Shown: piece by piece, positions 26,499 through 39,385 of the stretch
Layout of the letters: each line of letters begins with the position of its first letter
How positions within the stretch are numbered: position 1 is the stretch's first letter
Assembly (NCBI RefSeq): GCF_006345805.1
Contig: NC_043008.1
Span: forward strand, 49,104,001-49,168,000
DNA from: Octopus sinensis
Taxonomy: Eukaryota
Length of the DNA: 64,000 nt
Reading direction: 5' to 3'
Notes under the pieces: generated by a model
Told to the model about the DNA's origin: nothing
Database searches by the model: none
Seen by the model: only the letters and a program-made list of their open reading frames with translations
Position numbers and translations under genes: made by a program

Positions 26499-28247
26499 GC
26501 GACTGTTTTAACACAGTCTGAAGGGAAAATGTGATGCACTAGGAGGTTGTAAGGACAACTGGACTGACATCACAAGTGTAATGAAAGAGGGATAAAACTA
26601 ATGTCTTCAGCAAACTCCCAAACAGAACCCCTTCCAGCTATCTGAGTAGAGAAACAAAAGGGAAAGGACCTGTACTAGATGCCACAAGCCATATGAAAGG
26701 GTAGAGGGGGTGGGGTGGCAAAAGTAACCATCTTTTAATATTTACTCTTTTACTCGTTTCAGTTGTGTGACTGTGGCCATGCTGGAGCACTGCCTTTAGT
26801 CAAGCAAATCGACCCCAGGACTTATTCTTTTTAAGGCTAGCACTTATGCTATCGGTCTCTTTTGCCGAACTGCTAAGTTACGGGGACGTAAACAAACCAG
26901 TATCGATATATTTTTATTTATATATATATATACAACGGGCTTGTTTTCAGGTTCTGTCTACCAAATCCACTTACAAGGCTTTGGTCGGCCCGAGGCTATA
27001 GTAGAAGACACTTGCCCATGGTGCCACGCAGTGGGCCTGAACCCGGAACCATGTGGTTGGTAAACAAGCTACTTACCACATAGCCGATCAATTAATTTTA
27101 ACGAGGGAGGGAGGGAGGGAGATATATCCACAATGATAAAAATGGTTTTGATGTTACGCTTGAACGGGTTGACAAAAACTTTAGCAAATGTCATGGACAA
27201 TGGAGGGTGCTGAAGACAAATGAAGATTGAAATACAAAAAAAAAAACAATAATTAACCAATTTACAATGACTAGTTTTGAAATGATTGGAAGTGGGATAT
27301 AGGTGGTACCATAGCTTTTGGCAAAATGGTAGAATTGATGAGAAGACTGTAGGCTACCTGGATGTGAACCAGGGGTTAAAACTGACATTACAACCAGGAC
27401 AGCCATGACCATCACTAGGGAGTATGATTTACTAACATGGACCATGCTTTTGCTCATTGTTTTTGGTGTGTATGCAGTCACAAACAGACACGGACATTCT
27501 CTCAGCCCTTCCACCCTTGAACCAGTGGTGGGGGTGAGAAGGAGGGAAAGAGAGAAGAAAAAGGAGACAAGAGAGGGGGAGATGAGGAGGAAAGGGAGTG
27601 AGAGGATGGAAGGAAAAGAGAAATAGAGAGGGAAGGGGGAGGGAAAGGAGAGTATGGAAGAGAGAGGAGGAAAGAGAGAGAGGGGAGAGGGAGAGCGAGG
27701 AAGGGAGAGGAAGAGAGAGGAGGAAGAGAGAGGAAGGGAGAGGAAGAGAGAGGAAGGGAGAGGAAGAGAGAGGAAGGGAGAGAAAGAGAGGGTGAGAAAG
27801 AGGGAGAGAAAGAGAGGAGGGAAAGGCGAGAAAGAGGATAGAAGAGGAAGAGGAAAGAAAGGAGAGAAAGAGAGAGGACGGAAGGGAGAGAAAGAGAGGG
27901 TGAGAAAGAGGGAGAGAAAGAAGGGAAGGGGGAGAGACAGAGAGAGGAAGCACCAGTACTTATTTTTAAGAAAGCAAACTGGAGCACTCAATGAAATGAA
28001 GGGTCAGGTTTATGACTGTGACCCCACAACTCAAACAGCCACATCACATGACCTTCACACAACAAATAAGGTCAAACTGAGAGGCCCCTGCATCCAGCAA
28101 AAGCAGAACCCGCTTGTTTGTAACTTCTGACTGAATCCTGGCTTAGAAGTGCTCCAAGAATTCCTGCAGATCATTTGTTGAATTCCATGGTCTTAGATAA
28201 CTCAATGGACCATGGAGCAGACCCAAGGACCGTTAAAACCTTTTTAC

Positions 28248-28410
28248 TTGCAGGAGTGACTACACTGGAGAAAACAAACAGGCTGCAACCAAGTGTGTGT
28301 TTGGTGTTATTGCAGCAGCCAGAACAGAAAAAGAGAGAATCTTTATCCACATGGCCACCACCACTCAATACAATATTCTTCACATTTATCTGGAAGCACC
28401 TCACAGACAC
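28248..28410 (-). CDS. Candidate exon of an uncharacterised protein
   Basis: ttattatcag acceptor, GCAA/GTAAAA donor; phase 0 to 1; VSVRCFQINVKNIVLSGGGHVDKDSLFFCSGCCNNTKHTLGCSLFVFSSVVTPA. Confidence 0.4.
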
Positions 28411-29236
28411 CTGATAATAACAATTGCTGTAAATATAAATGGGGTTCGCTTATTTTTTCCTTATTATTTTCTATTTTTGCTATGATGTCAACCACTAAGT
28501 GATGCGGAAAATGAAAATATCCTAAGAAAAAAAGCCATTTCTGTATTAGGAATTTACCAAACTATTCACTAACCTTCGCAAAGTATTTATCTACACAATA
28601 TACTGGCCCTGCTGTATTCCACAGTCATTCTCTGAAACAATACTTTTACACGTGGCTATGTAGATACATATACACACACACACACACACACACACTATTA
28701 TATACACATATATACATACACACACTATTATATACACAAATATATATATAGATCCACACACATGTACACATACATGCACACATATATATATATATACATA
28801 CATAAACATATATACATACACATATACCCACACATATATACATACACATATACCTACATATATATATACATACAGACACACATATATACACATATACACA
28901 CACACATGAATACATGCACATACACGTATATATGTGTATTCTTAGATTCACACGTCAGTCCTGAGAGAGAAGACTGGGTAATGACAGTCCAATTCATTCA
29001 ACCATTTCTAGTGAATACATCATTAATAAAAAATATACATTCTTAACGAGAAACTGATTTATCATCATGTTGTGCTAATTAACTTAAGCGATTGTTTTAA
29101 TTAGGAGAAAAGAAAAATATTTACAATAAAACAGCTTGGCCAACATTTAATGTAACGTGAAGGGGATTTGAACTGATGATATTCCGTTTTAAAAGAAAAT
29201 AAATATCAACATTTAAATTTACAACAAATGTGTAAA

Positions 29237-29535
29237 TATTGTTGTATTTCCGGATGGTCATTTTTTTTTTCTTTTTTTTTTTTTGCCAAATAAACACACA
29301 CTGTATATATATTCGTTCTTCCCTTGTTTATTACTGGTCTTATTCTAACTTGTGTCCATCATCCGGAAATCTTTCATCACACATCTGTGACCTCCTCAGC
29401 GACACTATCCATCCTCAGGTGTGCTCTTGCTCTGGACAATGGACACGAGTTAAAAATAAGAACAGTAATAAACAAGTGATGGACGAATATACAGTGCAAA
29501 AAGGGAAAAAATGACCATCCCGAAATAGAACAATA
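29237..29535. mobile_element. Fold-back MITE
   Basis: approximately 110-bp imperfect inverted arms beginning tattgtt(g/c)tatttc(c/g)ggatggtcatttttt. Confidence 0.8.
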
Positions 29536-30813
29536 TCTGCTTCAACACACAGTTTCACATCAAGAATCTTGCAACACAAACTCACATATATATATATATA
29601 TATATATATATCTATATGTATAGGTATATACATAGCAGCTATGTACAGGGATATATATACAGAATAAATTAAGAGATGAGAAATAAAACTGCAAAGAAGT
29701 GTTTTTACAAGCAATAACCAAAATAAGTGTTCAATGATTGTGATCGAAAAAAAGCATTGATCTGTGAAACTAGAACAAAAGAAGAAGAAGAGATGTACTC
29801 GTTTAACTTTCTGTGTACGGCAGTCCGTTAATTGACTATAGTAATTAAAAAACAAAAAACCCAGAGACCAACTTCGCAGTTGGTAATATAAGTGCCATAT
29901 TAGATGTGCTGATTGCGGGTGGGTTAATTGATTAATTAATTCCTATAGTTTAACCATTATCACAAGGGTAAGACATCAGTAACGACTGCATTTAATCAAC
30001 AACTTTAATTATCGCTGTTGTCTTAGCAGTAATTTGTCCAACTCTGGCATCTATCAACAGAATGATGCAGTTTTGAATTAATGACACCTATTATCCAGTG
30101 AGATTGTTTCCAAGAAGAGTGTGTATGTGTGTGTGTGTGTATATATATATGTATATATAAAATTGTATGTATAATATATATGCATATATATAATACATAT
30201 ATACACACATTTATATATATAAAGTTTATATACATTAGACATATATATATTTAGCAGAAGCAACAGAGTGACTCTAGGTCCAAGAGCTTCATGTGTTGGT
30301 TTTATATATATATACATATGTACGTTTATATATATAAAGTTTATATACATTAGACATACATATATATATATATATATACGCACACACACACGTTTGTGCA
30401 AGTCTTTCTCTACTGGTTACACAGGAGGAAACATTAAGTCTAAATGTTACAAATGAGAAAAGCCATTATTAATTAGTATAGTTAATGAGTAATGTAGCTG
30501 ATATTCACATAAACATCTGAAAGGGGACCTGCCCATAAAGGAAACGTTTAAAAAAAAAAACCTTTAAAAATTCATTGTGACATAAGAAATTTTGAGAGAT
30601 TTTTTTTTCTTTCAAGATATCAGAATTCTGGATAAAAATAGACATCATCATAACACAACTTTGTCAAAAACGTCTATCGAATATCAATAAAATAATTAGA
30701 AATTTCAAAAGAAAAAAAATAGATTTTCTTTTTTTTCTTTCTGTGTCTTTGTTTTGTTTTGGTTTTTTTTTTTTTTTGTTAGGGAAGTGGTTTTGTGATT
30801 TGCGTCACCAGTA

Positions 30814-31425
30814 TTATGAAGGGTTCCCAATAAGGTGCCCATTTATGCAGAACAACTGCAAAGAATAGAGAATCCCAGTTTTAAAGCCCTGAATAGTTTC
30901 TTTGTGATTGACAGGCGAATGACACGTCGGACAGCAGACAAACGACAACAACGTGTTGAGGCAGTCCATGTTGACCGTGATCCCACCTTTCTCTTTGGCA
31001 ATCAGTTCTAAAGGAGTCAATATACTAGTTGAATAAGTGGCATTGGCACTGGTCACAAGTGACGCTGAACCCTCGTTATTCTGAGGTAAGAGTTCAAACG
31101 GTAACAAAGTCTGTGCAGATTGTTGCTGGTGCAACGTAATCCGGTTAATGGTGTCTTGTTGGTTTAACTGGTGTATTTGTTGCTTGATGGCCGCGATATT
31201 CGGTATGTTGACATCGTTTTGGTTTGTAGAAATAATATTGGTGTTCGTCATAGAGCTGTTGGAGGGAACAGCCGTACTGCTGAAGCTGCCCAACACCGAC
31301 AAGGAGTTCACAGACGCAGAAGTTACAGACACTGGTGGCTCGATAAAGTGGGTCTCATCGCTTTCTTGTTTGATGATTGTAGTAATGCTTGGATCGCTCT
31401 TCAGGGAAAATGCTTGCATCACGTG
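30814..31425 (-). CDS. Terminal coding exon of the BEN gene: S/T/Q-rich linker plus C-terminal Cys/His motif
   Basis: ttctgttcatcatttcag acceptor, phase 0; 203 codons plus stop; HVMQAFSLKSDPS...FVCCPTCHSP...LFCINGHLIGNPS*. Confidence 0.8.
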   Translation of the reverse strand, partial: HVMQAFSLKSDPSITTIIKQESDETHFIEPPVSVTSASVNSLSVLGSFSSTAVPSNSSMTNTNIISTNQNDVNIPNIAAIKQQIHQLNQQDTINRITLHQQQSAQTLLPFELLPQNNEGSASLVTSANATYSTSILTPLELIAKEKGGITVNMDCLNTLLSFVCCPTCHSPVNHKETIQGFKTGILYSLQLFCINGHLIGNPS

Positions 31426-32874
31426 CTGAAATGATGAACAGAAGCAAAAGTTAAGCAATGGACAGTGATTCAGTGATGTGAAAATAGAATTATGGGAGAC
31501 ATTTATTTCACACAAACAGATGCAAGCAAGCATGGGTGTGTGGTCAAGGCAAACGGTTTCACCTGACGACTGTGAAGCCTTTTTTTTTTATGAAAATGTG
31601 ACACTGATGTCATCAGACAATGTCATCGAAATAATGCCAACGAAAATGTTTTACAAGTTTTTATAGCACAGTTTGTGAGCTTCAATTGATTAGGTACAAG
31701 GTTTTTTTATTTTCATTTTGGTTTTTTTGGTTTTTGCTAAACATTTCACAGCAATTATTGAATTCATTTCAAAACAGGTTTTTTAATGAGTAAATTTTTT
31801 TTCAAGCTGTTTTAATATTTTTTCTCAGCAATTTCAAGCTTGCGCTTTAGTGTCCAACAGATCTCTCGCCATTTTACTATCAAGGGAGATAACTAATCGC
31901 TCCAACCAGCAATTACAACAAACTCTTTTAACACACCGACAGTATTTGTCTGTGTTCTATGTTTGTTCCTTGGTTCTTTAGAAGAATTCAGAGACGAAAG
32001 AAAAAAGTAAAGTTCTATGGAGCAACTGACTAGACTGTTGTCGAAAGATTATAGGTCGGATAGGTGAAGGCGCATGGCTTAGTGGCTAGGGTGTTTGGGC
32101 TCGGGTTCGTAAGGTCGTGAGTTCGATTCCCGGCAGCATATTGTGTCCTTGAGCAAGACACTTTATTTCACATTACTCCAGTCCACTCGGCTGGCAAAAG
32201 TGAGAGATGTACCTGTAATTCAAACGGGGCCAGCCCTGTCACATTCTCTATCATGCTGAACCTCCTTAAAGGTACATGTGTCAGCGGAGTACTCAGCCAC
32301 TTGCACGTTAATTTCACGAGCAGGCCGTTCCGTTGATCGGATCAATGGAACACTGATCGTCATAAACTGACAGAGAGCCAAGGTGGATAAGAGATTAAGA
32401 AAGTCAAAGTGTTTTACAAATATTAAATGTTATACAAAAAATAACAACAATAATATGAGCAAAAAGAAGTGAAATAGTAAAATGGTTCACATTTCACATT
32501 AGCAAAACGTCCTGCAGCTCTGAACTTTCAAAGACACGTGGAGTGTAAAGTCCCTTACTCAGCGAAACTGGTAAGGGTCAGTGACTGGGTGTGAAGTAAT
32601 GCTTCAATGCTCAACCTATGTAAACATGGAAAAATAGACAGAGAACAAAGAAAAAGAGAAAGAAAATAATAATGTTGTTTAAAAATCATCGCAACCACAT
32701 GGAGAGTCCTCAAAAAAAAAACATGTCATCAAAATATATTATTGTGATTAAATTTGTTCATTAGGTTATCTTCAAAACGATCGTTAACCCAAACTAAGTT
32801 ATACCCCTTTTTAAAGCCAAATGCCTTGAGATTCTTTACTATTTAGACTGGCACAAATCGGCTGAAAATGATTC

Positions 32875-34586
32875 CCCTTTATTTGTTTGAACCGGCCAAA
32901 TCCAGCCGTATCTGATCCCTCTATGAAATCGCTAAAGGAATAAATCACATTATTGAATTCTCGTAGCTTTGAGATAATGCAAGATAAAGCTTTTCTCGCC
33001 TTTATGCAAGTAAAAAATATGGTGAAATTTTTGAGACTTCTTGAGGTTTTTTTTTTCAATGTTTGAAGAGAAGTGTATATCTTAGTTTTTAATGATATGG
33101 CGTCAGCAAGTAGCAATTCCAACTTGAAAGTGATTTGTCTTCGGACGAATCCTATTGACATTTGTGAATCTTCATCACACAAGGAAGATTTTGATAATGA
33201 AAGTGACAAAAATGAAAGTGATGAAAATGATATCGAAAACATTATGGCAACATGGTTGAAGATTATTACTACATCAACCGGAATTCCTGATTTCACAGAA
33301 ACGAATAGTCTAAGTACAGTCCACCTCACCAATGCTCAACCATTGGACTATTTATTTTTATTTTTACCAAAAAGTCTTTTGAAACTGTCACGGAGGAAAC
33401 AAATATGCTCAACGCATAATTTCTATTCGTGGAAGACCTGATCCACTACGGCAGCCAACTGATAGAGCAGAAATGCAAACTTTTTTTTTTTTTACTGTAG
33501 ACATTATGTTTGGCATCAAGCAGCTTCCTTGACTGTGGAACTACTGGAATCCTGATCTAAGGCAATGGTGATCCATATCTCTCCAGCATTATGTCTAACT
33601 ATAGTTAATTTATATATTGTTTATGTAAAGAGCCACCAAAGGACTACGACCATTTCAAATTTCGGGTTGACATCGCATCTCAGTTACGCAAGGGCTTTTC
33701 TTCCAGAAAGCACAGAACTGGGAGAAAAGCAAAATTAACTGAGGTGGATGTCAACAGAGAAAATATTGACTTCCATAAAGTGGAAAAAATAAATGGAAGG
33801 AAAAAGAAGTTTGCAGACTGCTCACTGCAAAAACCAAAAATTGCAAAAGGATATCAGGTCGAGACCTCATCTATGTGTTCATTTTGCAAAGTGCCCTTGT
33901 GATAGAAATATGGCATAATTATATTCTGTTGTTTGATAGTAATACTATCATATAATCCTTTCATTTTATTACAAATAATATTTGAAAGTGAGAAATACAT
34001 ATTAATTTTCAGTGTTACATACCTGTATTCACCTTTGCCTCACCTGTTAATGAGCTTTTTTAATTAGATGCATTGTGTTATGTAAATGTATTCATTAAAT
34101 TGTATAAGAGTAAGAGTTTTGTAGTTTATTTTCAATGAAAATGATTGAATGAAATATAGAGAAAGAATAAAGTCTTGTAGCGATTACACCTATATTTTAA
34201 TTAATTCAAATTAATGTACCTCATCGTGAAAAGTGGCAAAATTGTTGGTGGTTGACGTCTGGGATAATTTTAGTAACAAATCAAACAGGTAAGATGCATT
34301 AAAAATTTCAATTTTTCTGTTTATCCATTATGTTATTGATTTTACACCTGTTAATTATATTTACCTGCCCAGAAAAGTCAAATTTAACCAGCAACATCGG
34401 CTAAAATTACAAAACCATAATCTACAGCCATATAAGCACCCACTAAAAAAATTTCGAATCTGTGTGTAAAAAATTTTTACAAACTTACAGGCAAATATTG
34501 TGGACACCCCTCCTGGGCCTGAATAATTCAAAATAATGTGAACAAGTAAACATTACGTTTGACAAATTAATCTGAACACTAAAGGG
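32875..34586 (+). mobile_element. piggyBac-like element, internally deleted
   Basis: acidic N-terminus then PDFTETNS...PLDYLFLFLP; QPTDRAEMQTF..IMFGIKQLP*LWNYWNPD; C-terminal ETSSMCSFCKVPL; right end ctaaaggg-TTAA; degenerate left end ccctttatttgtttgaaccggcc. Confidence 0.8.
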
Positions 34587-34676
34587 TTAAAAAGGGGTAC
34601 AAAAAATATATAGGGGCTTACTAAAGATAAGAATTATTGAAACGAAAACAATAGATCAATAAATACTGGTTTTTAC

Positions 34677-34777
34677 CTCTTTCTTAGCTCTCCATTTATG
34701 ATATGAAAGTTTTCTGTACATTGCTTGTCGCAGGGTCACTGGGGAACAATTACCTTCCTGGTTCTTCTGAACCCACA
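34677..34777 (-). CDS. Exon completing the BEN domain
   Basis: ttttccag acceptor, GAG/GTAAAA donor; 101 nt, phase 1 to 0; (L)WVQKNQEGNCSPVTLRQAMYRKLSYHKWRAKKE; in frame with both neighbours. Confidence 0.8.
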
Positions 34778-35018
34778 CTGGAAAACCAAAAGCAATTCAC
34801 AAAATAAGGCCCTCACAGAATTTACATAATGTTACTTCAAAGTGAAAAGGTCAAGCCAATACAAGTAAAGGGACTTTTCTGGGTTTCTCTTTTATTTTGG
34901 TGCTAAGTAACTCTTAACCAAATATGAAAGATGAAGTGGCTGTGTGATAACAAGCTTCCTTCCCAACCACATGGTTCTGAGTTCAGTCCTATTGCATGGC
35001 ACCTACTATGGTCCCTAG

Positions 35019-35655
35019 AGTAGTGGAAGAATGTTATTTTCTCTGACAAATCATCCTTTGCCTTATTTCCGACCACCAGCCCAAAGAAGCATTTGATTCA
35101 GACTGCATTCTTCCAACTATTAAACATGGAGGAAGATCTGTGATGATCTGGCAGGTGGTTTATATCTTGGAAAGTTCTGCCAGCCCAGTGGCTTCCCTTC
35201 ATGGCAGAAATAATAGTCAAGACTATTTAAGCATTTTATCTGATCAGATTCATTCTATGATTGTAGAACCGTTTCCAGAGGGAAATGCAATCTTTCAGGA
35301 TGATACTGCACCAATTCACACAGCTAAAGTTGTTACTGAATGGCACGGGGAACATTCTAGTGAAGTTGAACATCTTATCTGGCCACCACAGACCCCAGAT
35401 CTCAATATTATTGAACATTTATGGTGCATTTTAGAAAAACAAATAAGGAGTCAATATCCTCCACCATCATCACTACAAGATCTGGAGACTGTTTTAGCTG
35501 AAGAATAAACAAAAATTCCTTTGCAAACAATTCAAACTTTGTACAAGTTCATACCTTGTAGAATCCAAGCTGCAATTACTGCCAAAGGCAGTCCTACCCC
35601 ATATTAAAAGAAATTTGTTTAAAATTTTAAGGTGTTTCTATTATTTTGTCCAACC

Positions 35656-35659
<4 letters not shown>
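35019..35659 (+). mobile_element. Tc1-like transposon 3' fragment, DD36E spacing
   Basis: WKNVIFSD, PTIKHGGRSVMIW, FQDDTAPIH, WPPQTPDLNIIEHLW; right TIR-like end ggtgtttctattattttgtccaacccctg. Confidence 0.88.
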
Positions 35660-35701
<42 letters not shown>

Positions 35702-35721
35702 TGTGTGTGTATATATATATA

Positions 35722-35915
35722 TAACGGGAAGCTTTATGAAAATAAACAAAAGACGAAGGCAGGTGGAGTACAAACAAACAATTGTATTAGTATGGCGCTC
35801 AGAAATATAAATAAAACATGTCTTTTACGTTTAAAGCCTACGCTCTTCAACAGAAAGATACACAGAAAAGAAACACGGAGAGAAACAAGAGAAAAAAATG
35901 CGTGCAGAAGCTAGC
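35722..35915 (-). mobile_element. Penelope-like pLTR remnant, same family as the 6.8-7.1 kb copy
   Basis: reverse complement reads TCTTT-CTGTTGAA-GAGC-GTAG-GCTT-TAAACGTA-AAAGA and shares the downstream cctgccttcgtcttt tract. Confidence 0.6.
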
Positions 35916-35923
35916 GATTCAAC

Positions 35924-36159
35924 ATATATATATATATATATATAATATATACATATACATATATATACATATATACATATATATATACATATATATATAT
36001 ATATACATATATATATACATATATATATATATATACACATATATACACATATATACATACACACATATATATATACATATATATATACATATATATATAC
36101 ATATATATTACATATATATATACATATATATATACATATATATATACATATATATATAT

Positions 36160-36234
<75 letters not shown>

Positions 36235-36429
36235 TATATACATATACATATATATTACATATATACATATATATATACATATATATATATATATACATAT
36301 ATATATACATATATATATATATATACATATATATATACATATATATATACATATATATATACATATATATATACATATATATATACATTATATATATACA
36401 TATATATATACAATATATATACATATATA

Positions 36430-36481
<52 letters not shown>

Positions 36482-36488
36482 GTATATA

Positions 36489-36522
<34 letters not shown>

Positions 36523-37692
36523 CTCTTTTACATGTTTCAGTCATTTGACTGCGGCCATGCTGGAGCACCGCTTTTAGTCGAGCAAATCGACCCCGGACTT
36601 ATTCTTTGTAAGCCCAGTACTTATTCTATCAGTCTATTTTGCCTAACCGCTAAGTGATGGGGACGTACACATACCAGCATCGGCTGTCAAGCAATGCTAG
36701 GGGGACAAACACAGACACACAAACACACACACATACATACATACATATACATATATATACATATATACGACAGGTTTCTTTCAGTTTCCGTCTACCAAAT
36801 CCACTCACAAGGCATTGGTCGGACCGAGGCTATAGCAGAAAACACTTGCTCAAGGTGCCACACAGTGGGACTGAACCCGGAACCATATGGTTGGTTAGCA
36901 AGCTACATACCACTCACCCACTCCTGCGCCTATGCATATATACATACACATGCACATATATACATATATATATACACATATATACATAGATACATATATA
37001 TACACACATATACATACATACATACACATATATATATATATACACACACACATATATACATATATATACACATATACACACATATATATATACACATATA
37101 TACATACACACATATATACACACATATATACATATACATATATACACATAGGAGGAGGAAGAAGTGGAAGAGGGGGGGAGGAGGGGAGGAGGAGGAGGGG
37201 GAAGGAGAGGAGGAGGGGGAGGGGGAGGAGGGGAAGAGGGGGAAGAAGTGGAGGAGGAGGTGGAGGGGTATATGTCCAACATTTCGTGAACTTTAGGCAA
37301 CTTCAATGAGGACAATAGCAAAGATGATTCAGCGTTAAATGTGAACTGCAGAGTTGCGTCCCTTTGACCAATCTTCTTTCATGCAAAGTTTTTCTGCCAA
37401 GCGATATTTTGCAGTCAATAAGGATGAAAATAAGAAAATGATGATGAGGATGACGATGATTACGATAAAAGTAATTCTCTCGATTATGGGGCACAAGGCC
37501 TGAAACTGAAGCTAGTCGATTACATCGGCCCCACCCCACCCCCGGTTCTTAACTGGTTCTTATTTCAGGAACCTTGAAAGGATGACAGGCAAACATGACC
37601 TCAGTGAAATTGGAACTAAGAACATTATATATATATATATGTATGTATGTATATATGTATGTATGTATATATATATGTGTATATATATAATA

Positions 37693-37727
<35 letters not shown>

Positions 37728-37814
37728 GTGTATATATATATATAATATATATATGTATGTATGTATGTATGTGTATTTATATGTATTATATATATGTATG
37801 TATGTATGTGCATG

Positions 37815-37859
<45 letters not shown>

Positions 37860-37864
37860 GCATG

Positions 37865-37914
<50 letters not shown>

Positions 37915-37991
37915 TGTATATATATATGTATTTCGTTTTCCTTGTTTCAGCTCAGAGCTGCAGCCATGCTGATGCACCGCTGTTATATATG

Positions 37992-38027
<36 letters not shown>

Positions 38028-38061
38028 CGTACATACATATATATATATATATTATATATAT

Positions 38062-38104
<43 letters not shown>

Positions 38105-38345
38105 TACATATAATATACATATATATATACATAATATATACATATATATACATATACATATATATATAATATACATATATATAACATATATATATACATA
38201 TACATATATATATATATATATATATACATATATATATACATATACATATATATATGCATATATATATATATACATAATATATACATATATATATACTAGT
38301 AGTAGTAGTGGTGGTGGTGGTGGTGGTAGTAGTAGTAGTAGTAGT
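35924..38345. repeat. Cluster of long (TA)n/(TACA)n microsatellites interleaved with SINEs
   Basis: 35924-36521, 36935-37150, 37627-38295, plus purine tract 37150-37265. Confidence 0.95.
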
Positions 38346-38356
38346 AAATCACTTAC

Positions 38357-38552
38357 AGATAATAGCTTTCGTAAGCAAAGGGTTTAATAACCTTCCGCAT
38401 CCTCGTACAGACAAAGTCCCACTTTTCATTTGGTCCTTGCTGAACAAGAAATTCATTAAAATTCGTACCATAGCTTGACCATCAGTCTTCTTACGAATCA
38501 CTTCAAAATATTGGTCAGAATGGATGTACACACCAAAACCTATGTGCACCAT
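38357..38552 (-). CDS. Exon encoding the core of a BEN domain (BEN-domain protein gene)
   Basis: ttccag acceptor and GTAAGT donor; 196 nt, phase 0 to 1; [65 protein letters not shown] fits the BEN pattern (MVRxLMxxLFS...GTLS...LNP...AII). Confidence 0.85.
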
Positions 38553-38929
38553 CTGGAACAAAAAACAAAAAAACAAATAAATGAAATTGGTTAATCTTTA
38601 TTCCAACAACAATTACAGAGAACTTTCATTCGCAGTCCATAACACTTTGCAGAATTGTGTCACAGTCTCAGATCATTTTTTCACACATTCATATAAAGCT
38701 TCTTTTATCACCAATACAGAATGGCAGGTCTTAAATATATTTTATCCCTCTAGAAATCTTCAGTCACTTTGATCCTCATCAGCTTCATTGCCAGCACTGT
38801 CCTATGCCTACAGATGAGCTTCTGCCACTAAAAACCACTTGATGCAACCCTCAGGCATCAGTCTGCTGACCTGCAGCAGTGGTTGTAGTCCCTCTGCCAT
38901 GTGGTGCATCTTAGTTTTGTAGTGCTTTT

Positions 38930-39385
38930 CCCCTGCTTGTCAATTTTTTGCAAAGGCTGAAACGAAGGAACAGCATACTTCCATGAAATTCTGTTTTCAG
39001 CTGGGGGAAATGGCAGCTGAAACAGTTACCATGCTTCAAACAGTTTATAAAGCCACTGCCATGAGCAAAACACAAGTTTACAAGTGGTTTTCATGCTTTA
39101 GGAATGGTTACTCGTTGCTTGAGGACCAACCTTGTTCAGGGCCACTGTCAACCTCACAAATGAATGAAAACATCCTGAAAATTCATGAACTGATCTTGGA
39201 GGACAATCACTGAACAATTGACGAACTTGTTGAAGACTGGTGTGTCCTGGAGCTCCAACCAACAAATTTTGAGTAAGGAATTGTGAACGAAAAGAGTTGC
39301 AACAAAATTTGTTCCTCGCTTGCTCACGGAAGATCAAAAGCAGTCACGACTGAATGCATGTTGTGAACTGAAAGAACAGTTGGAG
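38930..39385 (+). mobile_element. mariner transposase N-terminal fragment
   Basis: EQHTSMKFCFQLGEMAAETVTMLQTVY...SKTQVYKWFSCFRNG...EDQPCSG; later aaatttgttcctcgcttgctcac (KFVPRLL-type motif). Confidence 0.85.

Noticed and set aside
26560-26625. Strong minus-strand acceptor followed by IAGRGSVWEFAEDISFIPLSLHL*
   Set aside because: Short, no donor and no supporting similarity; could be chance or UTR.
29380-29435. Apparent terminal exon ARAHLRMDSVAEEVTDV* (minus)
   Set aside because: Lies in the loop and arm of the 29237-29535 fold-back MITE.
34024-34044. 21-nt segment with AG/GT boundaries (minus)
   Set aside because: Inside the piggyBac subterminal region and not needed for frame continuity of the BEN gene.
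35818-38387. Numerous YI/HT/CV-repeat ORFs (also 6-9 kb, 21 kb, 59.7-60.5 kb)
   Set aside because: Microsatellite translations with no coding signal.
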